From contig NC_047017.1 in assembly GCF_902652985.1 (NCBI RefSeq), forward strand, positions 51,770,001-51,834,000: a stretch of 64,000 bases of DNA. The letters run 5' to 3'. Positions within the stretch are counted from its first letter, which is position 1, and the number at the start of each line of letters is the position of its first letter. A program made the position numbers and the translations under genes. The notes under the pieces were generated by a model. It was not told the DNA's origin. It ran no database searches and saw only the letters and a list, made by a program, of their open reading frames with translations. Origin of the DNA: Pecten maximus (lineage: Eukaryota). This document shows, in pieces, positions 1 through 11,035 of the stretch.

Positions 1-961
1 TATTACGACATGGAATCCAAAGTAATGTTATTTTGCATTTTTTTAAGATATGAGAAATTCGAAAGACTAGGTTTTGTACGAGTGTATTCTGGAGCAGCAC
101 ATCCCTTAGGGTCAGCTTCTATCCAGAAGGATGATGGTGAGAACTTTCTTTAGGTCACCGACATTTTTTTATCTTTACCTCCGATGCAATAAAGCCATAA
201 ATATCAAAATCATTGAGATATTCATTATTGGACAAGTTCGTACATTGGTAATATTTGCCACAAGCGAGAAGGTCTAGTTTCTGTAGGAGCGATGCATGTA
301 AGTCACGATCAGGACAAGACGGAATGACAAAGTTATTCCTAATGAGGTAAACATATGATTGGATATTGGATATAGAGACCCTGAGTTGTCAGACTAGTAT
401 TACTTTTTCACATCTCGCGCTACGTCCTTTCGCAATCCCTCCCCTCTCGCTAAACTAAGGTGAATAGATTAATTTTGAAAAAAAATGTGAAAATGACGTA
501 TACTTGCTGAAGGATTCGTGATTGAAAGTGTCCTGAAGTCATATTTGATTGAAAGTGTCCTGCAGTCATTCTTACGACAGAACAACATATTGTTCTGGGG
601 AGGGGGATATAACTTTTCGCGCAACAAAACCAACAGCTTGAATAGTTAATACAAGTGTTTGACCTCATTTTGAAAGGATTACACAATAAAAATATGAAAC
701 CGCATTTATTATGCAGAATAAAGTGTTTGATCATAGAAGTACACACATTCTTTTGGAGATAAAATATCAGTTCATGTAACACCTATGTCTTGCCTCTGAA
801 GATAAAAAGTGAAAGTCAGTATGATCTGGAATTATACAGTCTGATTTGGCTTATTCATATGTAACTGCATGAAAAGATAAACATCCAAAAAGATCGGATT
901 TTCATTCTTTATTCAAAATCCTTCAACCATGTGACCATTACTGCAGGAGCGTCATGCGTCC

Positions 962-968
962 TATAAAT
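962..968 (+). promoter_or_regulatory. TATA box of paralog A
   Basis: TATAAAT about 50 bp upstream of the ATG at 1014. Confidence 0.55.
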
Positions 969-1013
969 AAAGTAAAATTGATTTCGGTTGACACTTAGAA
1001 ACACAATTTCGAA

Positions 1014-3543
1014 ATGTTCAGGTTGTGGTGTCTGGCCTTACTCGCTTTGGTTTTGTTGGGACATTGTGGTAAGTTTTGTATCATGTTAGCTCTTTTCGTT
1101 AACATCAATCGAAAGCAATATATGTATGTTGTATTAATGAAACTACCACAACATTAGAAGCGTGCTCACCTTGAAATGAGGTAAGACAGGAGACTAAACA
1201 TGGGAGCTGTAAGTCTAATATTTAATACATTTTATATATTTTAAGGAAACATTAGAATGATATCTGAGTAATAGTATGCTAAATTGCATAGAAACAATGA
1301 AAGCAGAACATTTTTAAAAAAAGATATAATATATTTCCTACTATAAAATCTTGACATTTTCGTTTCCACAGCGGCCGAGGGCGATGATGGTGGTGATAGC
1401 GATGATGGCGATAGGAAAAAGAGAAGTATATCTACCCTCCACCTGCTCATTGTTTTGTTTTATAATATATCATATAAATTTAACGTACAGTAGGTAGATT
1501 TTGCACTTGTTTACACTGAAATGAATACATCAGGGTTTTTTTTTAATGAACCCCGAGCTTCTTCTATATTATGGCATTAAATTGGATACATGGTTCTAGC
1601 ATCATTGGCAGGATCCTACGAGAAAAAAACAGCAGTGTAGTGTTTCTAGAATCATTGACGAGACATCGGAGGAAGAAATAGCTGTCTAATGCAATTTCAT
1701 ATTACCATAATTGACGAGATTTAGAAGGAAAAACTAGCTATGTGAAGCAGTTTTATATTACCATCATTGACGAGATTTAGAAGGAAAAACTAGCTATGTG
1801 AAGCAGTTTTATATTACCATTATTGACGAGATTTAGATGGAAAAAAACTAGCTATGTGAAGCAGTTTTATAATACTATCTTTGAGATCTAGAAGGACGAA
1901 CTAACTTGGAATAATCAAAACGCATAGCCAAAAATCTGGCTTCATAAGCCTCATAGCGGACAGTTCCATCTCGTATACCATTCATTGTCTACTTTTTCTC
2001 ATTCATAACAATAGGATTTAAGAATATTTAGTCTCTTGCTATGAACTGCAATTAGACAATGGAATAGAAACAATAATCGTTAACCGTCATCTTAAGTAAA
2101 CCGGTTTAGTACATGTAACAGGAGAGGTGAAAATGTAGCGGCCAGACCGGGGTTCGAACCCGGGAGCTCTGAACACTAGCCGGATGCTCTACCAATTGAG
2201 CTACCTAGTCACCGATGATCGACCCAGTCCAGTCCCGCTACACACCTCCCTCCTTTTTTCCAAGTCTTCGCCCTCGAAGACACACGAGACCATTATACCA
2301 CCACCGTGGGTATTTTAGTTGGGCGCCAATTTTGTAACAGGAGAGGAGAAAATGTAGCGGCCAGAGCGGGGTTCGAACCCGGGACCTCCGAACACTAGCC
2401 GGATGCTCTACCAATTGAGCTACCTGTGATCGACCCAGTCCAGTCCCGCTACAGTACACTTATCAAATCTTTAAAAATGTTCATTTCGTATAGTTATATC
2501 TTAAATCTACTGTTATTTAACACAATGAAAATAAATTATTGATGCATACATTTCCCCTAGTATTGAGATTCTTCAAAATCAAGTTTGATGTCTTAGAAAG
2601 GCTGGCTGCTTCTGATGCCACTTATGTCACACTGTAGAACGGATTCGTAAAATCATAATTCTACAATATCATAGAAAAAAACTATTCACATATTTTTCAA
2701 ATAAGATAAATGATAAAATTTACGTTCCAGGTGGCCACATCTGTGGAATTTTAGCTCACTGGGATCTGCGATACTCGACCTGTATATGTGATACTGGATG
2801 CGGTGGGAACCCGTGGAATGAATGTCGTACGTTGATTGTTTCTTAGCAAAACACATCATACGGGATGTCAGCAATCTCAAAACAGTATCAATATGTCATT
2901 AGTTCAATGACATCACAGTTTACCTTAATGGTCGTACAATCAAGAGGTATTCCGCGTTTACGTCAGTATGGTTTTCTGTTTATTTAAAACTTGCATCATG
3001 AATAGTTTGTTTTGACCTCAAAATCCTTAGTTGACAGATAATGCAACATCTTTCCTATATTTAGGTATTCCGTTAGTACAGTACAAACATTGTTATTCAG
3101 CTGTAAATAACAAATTTCAACTTTAATCAAAGGTATTTAAAGTATATATTGAACTTATCAATCGGGATCTTGTTTTCCCCACAGGTTTACTAATACCACA
3201 ACATCCAGTGTATCACCCATTTCAGCCAGTGTATCACCCATTTCAGCCGGTTTATCATCCAGTTCAGCCGGTTTATCAACATATACAGCCTGTGTTCCAG
3301 CCATTACGCCGAGTGATTCAGCGCTTTGGCGGTGGAGGAGGAAGCAGTAGAGGAGGAGGAAGTAGCAGAGGAGGAGGAGGAAGTAGCAGAGGAGGAGGAA
3401 GTAGCAGAGGAGGAGGAGGAAGTAGCAGAGGAGGAGGAAGTAGCAGTAGAGGAGGAGGAAGTAGCAGTAGAGGAGGATATAGTAAACATGGAGGAGGAAG
3501 AAGTAGCAGAAGTGCAGAAGACAGTTACGACAGAGATGACTAA
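1014..3543 (+). CDS. Paralog A: secreted prepro-protein with mini EGF-like module, PVYHPFQ repeats and cationic GGGSSR tail (~187 aa, 4 coding exons)
   Basis: Hand-spliced exons 1014-1068 (MFRLWCLALLALVLLGHC, signal), 1372-1425 (AAEGDDGGDSDDGDRKKR), 2731-2826 (SGHICGILAHWDLRYSTCICDTGCGGNPWNEC), 3185-3543 (RLLIPQHPVYHPFQPVYHPFQPVYHPVQPVYQHIQPVFQPLRRVIQRFGGGGGSSR...RSSRSAEDSYDRDD*). All introns are GT-AG, phase 1, frame open. TATAAAT at 962; AATAAA at 3770. Confidence 0.85.
1655..1900. repeat. Intronic minisatellite, ~57-bp unit, ~4 copies
   Basis: Repeated ttgacgagatttagaaggaaaaactagctatgtgaagcagttttatattaccat. Confidence 0.85.
2114..2453 (-). mobile_element. Miniature non-autonomous LTR retrotransposon (TRIM) with tRNA-derived LTRs (Ajax/Cassandra-type design)
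   Basis: Direct repeats 2114-2242 and 2333-2453, each TG...CA; 5-bp TSD GTACA (2109-2113, 2454-2458). On the minus strand: PBS TGGCGCCCAAC (tRNA-Lys type, 2328-2318) just inside the 5' LTR, and PPT GGAAAAAAGGAGGGAGG (~2260-2245) before the 3' LTR. Each LTR contains tRNA A-box and B-box sequence (GGTAGCTCAATTGGTAGAGC...GGTTCGAACCC). Confidence 0.9.
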
Positions 3544-3882
3544 ATACAGTATACAACGGTATGGAACACATCATATCACCCAAAGAAATATACACATTAC
3601 ATACACATTGTTACATAGTATATCAAACCTTCAGATCATATCGCACTAACTCATATGATACTTTTATCTTATCGTGGTGAAAAGGACAAAAGACGACAAG
3701 CTCGGTTTATGGCTTTCCAAGTCCTAAAATCATGAATGATACAATACTCCTTATCTAATGCAAACGATAAATAAAAAATAGAACGTTTTTTTCTTTTCAA
3801 ATTGTACAGATTTTCTTTTTGTCTTAATTATACATATATGTCTTTAAACAGGTGCTATGAAGACGAAACCTACATATATATA

Positions 3883-5169
3883 TACTAGCGGAAAAAAAGA
3901 AAATCAAGTTCGGTTTTTCTAATTTAACTTTAAACGTGATCCAAATTTATTTTAATTTCAAACTGAGCTATCTCAAACCCCGCTCGATGCCGCATGTTTT
4001 TCAGCAGTTTGCTCAAGAAAGTGTGCATACCGGGTACCCTTGCACCATATGCAAATGTAAATCATTACAAATCGAACATTGGAAGAGTACAGATCAGTTA
4101 CACAATATTTCTTTTCGAAGCGGTTGTACAGCGAAATGTCGCGATTGGGTGAACTATAGGGGTAGGACCATTGCTCTGATAATGTAGGGGCATTCACAAC
4201 GTCATGTAGCCCAGCAATATGGTGTACATGAGACAAAAATATCCCGTTTAGTTGGGCGTCTCAGAGCCACATGGAGATATGGTCACCGTCCCGGGAAGAC
4301 GCCCGTGCATTACGTCACTACGTCAAGATAGAGGCATACGTCTCTCGCACCTCTGTAACTGATTTTAGACGGCGACGGCGACAGCACGTTAAGTTGTCGG
4401 CACTCGGAGTCGGCCAATGTATCCAGGAATGATTAGATTAGGAATCAGTTGCAGGAGTTTCAATTCAAGGCCACGACGTCCGCCAATTACGCGGAGACGA
4501 CGCCAACGTCGAACGCAGTGGCTGCTTGCACATGCTGTTAATAGGTTTCGTTTTGCCCCGCTGAAGACGCGTGCTGTTCACTGACGAGTTTTGCTTAACG
4601 CTTTACAGGTCAAATCGACATCGTTGAGATCGAAATTCTGACGGTTGCGTAACGGAATGCGACAGATTCAGGGGGTGGTCTGTTATAGTGAAGGCATGAA
4701 TATCTCAAGGCATCAAAACACCTCTCGTGGTTATCTATGGTAATCCTACAGCAGTAAGCTATCGGGAGTAGGTCTTGAGACCACACGATCCTCCTCTTAT
4801 CCATAAACTTCCGTTGCAGGAGGAAAACGCGAGGCCCAATATTGCTAGGGTTTGTCGTGGCTTTCTGGCTCAAAACAACATTCCAGGGAGCGCGTCAACG
4901 TCCCATATAACGTCGCTTAACTCACGCAGGCGATAGTAAGAGCAGTAACTTATGCCAGGGGTGGGCACACACGGTACTGATTTGGATTAGGAAACGGCGT
5001 ATGGTAACCTTGTTTTAACGGTATTCACGCAAACACCGTCTGTGATAGGACAACGAAAATCACTAAAATGTATTTAGTAATGATGAAATAATCGAAAAAC
5101 CCACACAATGAACACATCATCAAAGAATCATGTAAAATAATTACTATCGAAAATAAATTCCCGCTAGTA
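3883..5169 (+). mobile_element. Degenerate Tc1/mariner DNA transposon
   Basis: Terminal inverted repeats TACTAGCGG / CCGCTAGTA flanked by TA. Broken transposase ~4136-4890 with recognisable motifs (GHSQRHVAQQYGVHETKISRL HTH; RVLFTDE; VVIYGNPTAVSYRE*VLRPH; LQEENARPNIARVC) and many stops and frameshifts. Confidence 0.88.
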
Positions 5170-5959
5170 TATATTTTTAATATCCTATATAAAATATACA
5201 AATTTCAAATATAGTTTTCTTTTCTTCTGTAGATTAAAGACGTGACACTCAAATGTGTGACGTAAGGTATACTGTTATTCACACATAGGTGTTATATTTA
5301 TAATCTTCTTATTTTCAGATTCACCAATAAAATTGCCAGAGTGGTTGGCCATTTACCGGTCTGATCGCCGAAATCTTGCCTTCAACGTAAAATAAGGCAT
5401 GTTCCATTTTGAGACTGAAATATGAGGAAACTTATTTCAAATAAAACATTAATATATTGTGTTATACCATTGTTTTTTTCTCTATATTATTGTTTAACAC
5501 ATTAATGACTTACCAAAGACAGATTCATCAGTCCGTAAAATGATGGATCTCTAATGACTATATAATGACACCAAGAATACCCAGGAGGTATTTCATATAA
5601 TTCCGGGGTATGTTGGTAATGTCATCTCAAAAGGCACACTTAAAAAGTTTAACTGCTCAGTGATTCCAAATTAGATTAGGAAATGAAATTATCCAAATCC
5701 ACGATGTCTGTTATTTGGCTGTTTATTTGTGACTGCGTCCTCTGATGACTGAACATTTGCCATTTTGAAATGAAAAATATATGAAAATGCTATAACTGGA
5801 GTTAAGATGATTATAAAGTGTTTTCGTTTTTAAATAAAAAATAAAGCTGAACACTCAAAATTGATTAATGTACGAAGACAATTTTGAAGAACGATGCGTT
5901 ATTTGCCGTATTAAGTAAAAATACATGCATACCTTGAATTTCTTGATAATTTACAAAGT

Positions 5960-6170
5960 CTCATCCATTAAAACATAACAAAATGAAGAAAAAAACAAAA
6001 CTCTCAAATAGTGATAATGCATCATTTCGAGTCAGGCTGAGCATAACACAATGGGGAACATGTAAACAATGATTCGTCATCGGAATGTGTAAATTGCTAC
6101 AATGTAGATATCCATATATGGATACATTGGGCAAAACAAACGGGCGCAACATTAACCCCCATATGTGCGG
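5960..6170 (-). mobile_element. Fragment of the same non-autonomous DNA element as 9943-10936
   Basis: Reverse complement aligns by eye to 9943-10140 (gggttaatgtt...cattccgatg...cattgtttaca...gcctgac). Confidence 0.6.
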
Positions 6171-8429
6171 TGAAGATATATATATATATTTATGTGTGTT
6201 TGCGGAACTGTTCAAGCTTATGCCTATTTTATAAAACAGTCCCCACCTTTTATGTTGTCTATTGTTGCTAGGGTTTGGGGGGGGGGGAGGGGCGCCTATT
6301 CATCCGCTCGGCTAAAAACTACTCGTGACCTACTGATTCGAATAAAAAATAAAGTTCAGTTAGCTTTAAATCAATAGAATGTATACCACCAATTCACTAC
6401 TGACTGTAACTTTTAATTATTAGACAAAGTCTGTCCAGAGAGAGTGACAGTTTTCTCATTTGAAGGAGATCGGATTGCTGAAATTGTCTCGCAGAATTAA
6501 GTCCATTTTACCGGATTGAGTCCAATCCTTATGTAGTCTGTGGATGCTACACTCTTATAGAAAGTTTAATTATATTGTTCAAGAGATAACTCAAACAGAC
6601 TTGGTTGAAAAGTTTGGAAATTCTTGCTTGATAAAGCATCCAATGATTTAACCACATTGACATGGGCTTTCCCATTAGGTTAATGTGTGTACTTATACAA
6701 CCTTTATCTAGTGGTGACCTGTGTAACTACATACTGCGTTTATATCATTACTCTTCATAGGTTTAACTTTTAGGTATACACCAATGATAACTTTAGGTCG
6801 TTGCATATCACAACATGTTTTAAATTTAAACATGCTCCTGAATCTATTCCAGTGAAAGTTTTCTTTTTAACAATATGTCAGCTTACCATCGATAAAGGTT
6901 GACTTATACTTTATAGAGTTTATAAAGTGACATAGATCAATATTAACACTTGCGTTGCATTGTCACTAGATGAAGCTTATCAAGCCCAATATTATTAATT
7001 TTCGATAATTACGCACGGTGACTAGGCTTGCGCATCGATATCGGGCTGCCTCATTACACACTTGTAAAATATAAATGCGCGATGGTAAATTATGATGAAT
7101 ACGATCAAAGGAATATATATATAATGATGAATTATTAATTCCAACAAGTAAGAAGCAATGTCTAAATATTCTAATAAATATTTTAAAACATGTTGATTGC
7201 ATTGATTTCTTCCCGAACTATTTTGTTTACTTTGGGTCGCCAATGACGCAACGACAGCGCTATGTAGTGTTTTACGATTAATTTGACTGTTATATTAAGC
7301 TGACCGCTGTATAAGAAGATTTTTTTAAATGTCATAGTGATCAAGTGCTAATATAAGGATTGGTTGTTTTTTGTTGTTGTTTTTTTTGTAGCTGCATCGA
7401 AGTATATATACATTGGTGTTATGTTCGTTGCCCCTTACGATAATATATCTTTTCATTCCAGATACGCAGCCATACATACTTTTATTTCATGTTTGATAAA
7501 TGTACGTTATTGAACCGTACAACATATATAGTGAAGTACAATCATTAAATGGACCTTAGCTATTTTCTATAATGATAACATCCGAACGACTCTGTAATAA
7601 TACCTGATTTAGATGTCTAGCAAACGTTTTGAATTGTAAGAAATAGGAAGGAAAAAAAGGTTGGTCAGAGTGAATAGAGAGGTACTTGCTAACACAACAC
7701 TGCCTGCTCAGGTAGACAAAAGTTAACTGAATTTCTCATAAGTAAATAAGAAAAGTCACAATACTCAAATAACATATTTCATTTCAATTTCACATATTCT
7801 ATTTAAGGTACAGTGGATTACAGTAAACGTAGATATTAAAGACATTATGCTACTAAAGATATAATAACATTTTATTATGTATATTTTGAAACCTGCTTAA
7901 GGTTATTAATTGCATATCATTCACTCAATATTATTTTTAGAAAGCTGATATTTAACACAGAGGTTGTTTTTTTTAAAGATTTTTTTTTTTTTTTATTATT
8001 TATTTATTTTTTAGGCATGTTTGAGATAAACGTTCACCAAAATCTAAAGTGGTCAAAACCATCATGTTTCGCGTTAATTTTTGGATAATAATTTGCATTG
8101 GCTCTTCAGTCACTAATAATTTTGTGTTTTTGATAGCAATGTCACTGATATCCGACTTTATATGTAGTGGTAGCCAGTGGACAAGTATTGATGACATAGT
8201 GCTCTCAGAATATATCTACAGTAATAGTCAGTGATGTGGACATTTCATCTAACATCTCATTATACTCTACCTTATTGTATTGTCTTTGTTGTAAATTTAA
8301 TCCGGCATTAAGGAGATTATTGACTTCAGTCACCAACCTTTACATCAGGTACGAAATGATCATTTTAACTACTTGTTAATATCAACTTATATTATTGATG
8401 AAAAAAATGCATATTTATATATGAAACTA

Positions 8430-9027
8430 TATAGAGGATATTGAATGGTTTCCCGTTTTCCTGTCATACGGGTGAAATATATGTTATATTAAACGGAAAA
8501 CCATTACATTTTCTTTTTATTGAATTTGATATACTTAAAAACAAAATTACAAAACATCGGAAAATTAATAGTGTCAAAATTTGCGGGAATCAGTAACATA
8601 ATTCATGACGTCATCTCCTTGTGGCATTACTCCACGTCACATTGACGGTGCCATTTGAAGGGACTGATCAACGCAATTTAAACGTTTTCTACTGTTATCG
8701 GAGAATCTGTGCATGAATAGCTAACGTCAAGTGAGTATTTTGTCATAAAATAGTCTGAATATTTCGGAAATACAGCAAAATAACCAATCTATTTGTTTTC
8801 GCTTTCAATGAGGTGAATACAATGGTTCGCTCTGATTGGTCAAAAACGAAAACCTTATATTTTCACTGCAAAATCTAATATATTCACTGCAAAATCTTAT
8901 ATTTTCACTGAAAATCTTATATTGTCGCTGCAAAATCTGATATTTTCTAGGCTCATCGCTGCAGTGAAAATATGAGTTTTATTAGTTTGATAAATGTATA
9001 TACTTCACTGGCAAAAATGCAATAAAT
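8430..9027 (+). mobile_element. Interspersed non-autonomous repeat (inverted copy at 21535-22025)
   Basis: Shared blocks such as ctctgattggtcaaaaacgaaaa, ttcactgc repeats, and terminus gaggatattgaatg...ttcccgttt. Confidence 0.7.
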
Positions 9028-9399
9028 TATAATATATAAATATATGGGCACTTATACTAATAAAATTACATGTCTATAACAATTTCATCAATTTTGTAAG
9101 TAACAGTGATTAATATAATCTTTCCTTGCCTTGGGGTGTGACAAAGAAATCTCAATCCGAGGGAAAATTCATGACTGTCCAACCGAGGCTTGGGATGGAT
9201 TATTTTTCTATCACTGCTATAAATAATTGGATATCCCATCAGTGATTAAGGTGTGTTTGTACACAAATGCACATGATCGGTGCATGAATATCCTCATTTG
9301 AAGAAGTACCCATCACAAGTCAAAAGTTTGCATAACAATATCATTACACAAGAAAAATAAGTCTTAAAATGATTAACAATACGTATTTAATTTATTTAG

Positions 9400-11035
9400 T
9401 CTGAGTGTTGGCTAGACTGGATCCCCCAGATGGTTGGCTAGCATGGAATGATGTTCACTCAAAGGGTTGGCTAGACTGAAATGGTGTTCACTCTGAGGGT
9501 TGACCAAATTGAAATGGTGTTTACTCTGAGTGTTGACTACACTGGAATGATACGCACTCTAAGGGTTGACTAGAATGGAATGGTGTTCACTCCGAGGGCT
9601 GGCTGGACCTGAGTGGTATTCACCCTGAGTGTTTGCTAGACTCATTGATGTTCACTCTAAAAGTTGGCTAGACTGGAATGGTGTTCACTCTAAATTTGGC
9701 TATACTGAAATGGTGTTTACTCTTATGGTTGGCTAGACTGAAATGATGTTCAATCTGAGAGTTGACCAAACTGGAGTGGTGTTCACTCTGACGGTGCGCT
9801 AGACTGAAAGAGTGTTCACTATGAGTGTTGACTAGACTGGAATGGTGTTCAATCTGAAAGTTGACTAGACTGAATTGATGTTCACTCTGATGGTTGTCGA
9901 GACCGAAATGATGTTTACACTGAATGGTGACTAGACTGGAATCGCATGTGGGTTAATGTTACGTCCCATTTTGTTGCTCATTAGTGTATTCATGTAAAAT
10001 ATACATTGTTGTACATTGTTGCAACTTGTACATTCCGATGGCGTCACATTGTTTACAGATCCGGCGTTGTGTCTGCATTGCCTGACACGAATGCTTCATT
10101 CGGTGTTTTTTAGTGTGTTTGTTAGTTTTCTTATATTTCAATCGATCCGGCATGGTAAAACAACCTCAATCAATCTGAGATGTGAATGCAGTTTTAAGAA
10201 AAAACGGCATGTTGCGCATAAGACTTCAACTTTCACTTTGTCAGTGCATTCGTGATCGCAGCTTTGATCGACTGTCATGGCAACGACGAGGGCGGTGGTT
10301 TTACCACCGTGTTGAATCTACAAACTTGCATGTACAACCGAAAACTTCTAACTATACCTTATGTCTCTGGAAATCATCTACGAATAAATAATTTAGTTTA
10401 TAACGATCTATTGCATTCATCTATCAACGTTTGTTCGTTTCTATATGCCGATTTTGATACTTAAAACACTGAAGACTCCAATATTGAAGCATGAACATGA
10501 ACACTTGCTCTATAAATCGTCTTAGAGCACCCGACTTCCCAAAAAAATACTTATGACACAGATAAGAGCGTGGAGATATTTGTGCGACAACAACGAAAAG
10601 TGCTGTACATTCTTACGAAAATGACAAACATCGTCAAAATTATTAAAAATGTCAATATTAATCGGCAATTAATTAATATCAGTTTATAACAATAGAATAA
10701 TGTACAGCACTTTTCCTTTCACGTTTGTTTGTATGGCAAATACTTTAGTCGGGTGCTCTGGCCATATTTACCTACCAAGTGTTAATGTAGTTCTTCGTGC
10801 CGGTCACGTGACCACGCGAGAACACGAGGACTGACGAAAACATCCCGAAAAGGGAAATCACTTAATGATTAATTTATTTTAAAACATAACGGTTTTCGTT
10901 CTGTTTAATTATAAATGCAACATTAACCCACATGCGATGGTGTTCACTCAGAGGGTTGGCTAGACTGGAAAGGTGTTTACTCTAAGTATCGCTTAGACTG
11001 GAATGGTGTTCACTCAGAGGGTTAGACTGGAAAGA
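9400..11035. repeat. Degenerate ~32-bp tandem repeat (ggttggctagactggaatggtgttcactctga), interrupted by an insertion
   Basis: About 17 copies at 9400-9940; resumes at 10937-11035. Confidence 0.85.
9943..10936. mobile_element. Non-autonomous DNA transposon with 18-bp TIRs and AT target duplication
   Basis: CGCATGTGGGTTAATGTT at 9943 and AACATTAACCCACATGCG ending 10936; AT on both sides; removing the element restores the satellite unit ctggaATggtgttc. Confidence 0.8.

Noticed and set aside
2134-2425. Two tRNA genes
   Set aside because: No proper acceptor stem, and the anticodon arm is broken in one copy; they lie inside LTRs bounded by a TSD.
3158-3649. ORFs 3158-3595(-), 3304-3489(-), 3326-3649(+)
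   Set aside because: Alternative-frame and antisense readings of the GGA/AGT repeat in paralog A; only the PVYHPFQ/GGGSSR frame fits the phase-1 acceptor at 3184.
5233-5395. Two exon-like segments after the Tc1 element
   Set aside because: Splice-like signals are present, but there is no recognisable product or upstream start that I can link.
8049-8348. Hydrophobic ORF MFRVNFWII... as a fifth cluster paralog
   Set aside because: No phase-1 donor after a signal-length segment, no KR pro-exon or Cys module nearby, and an early stop; possibly an unrelated pseudogene.
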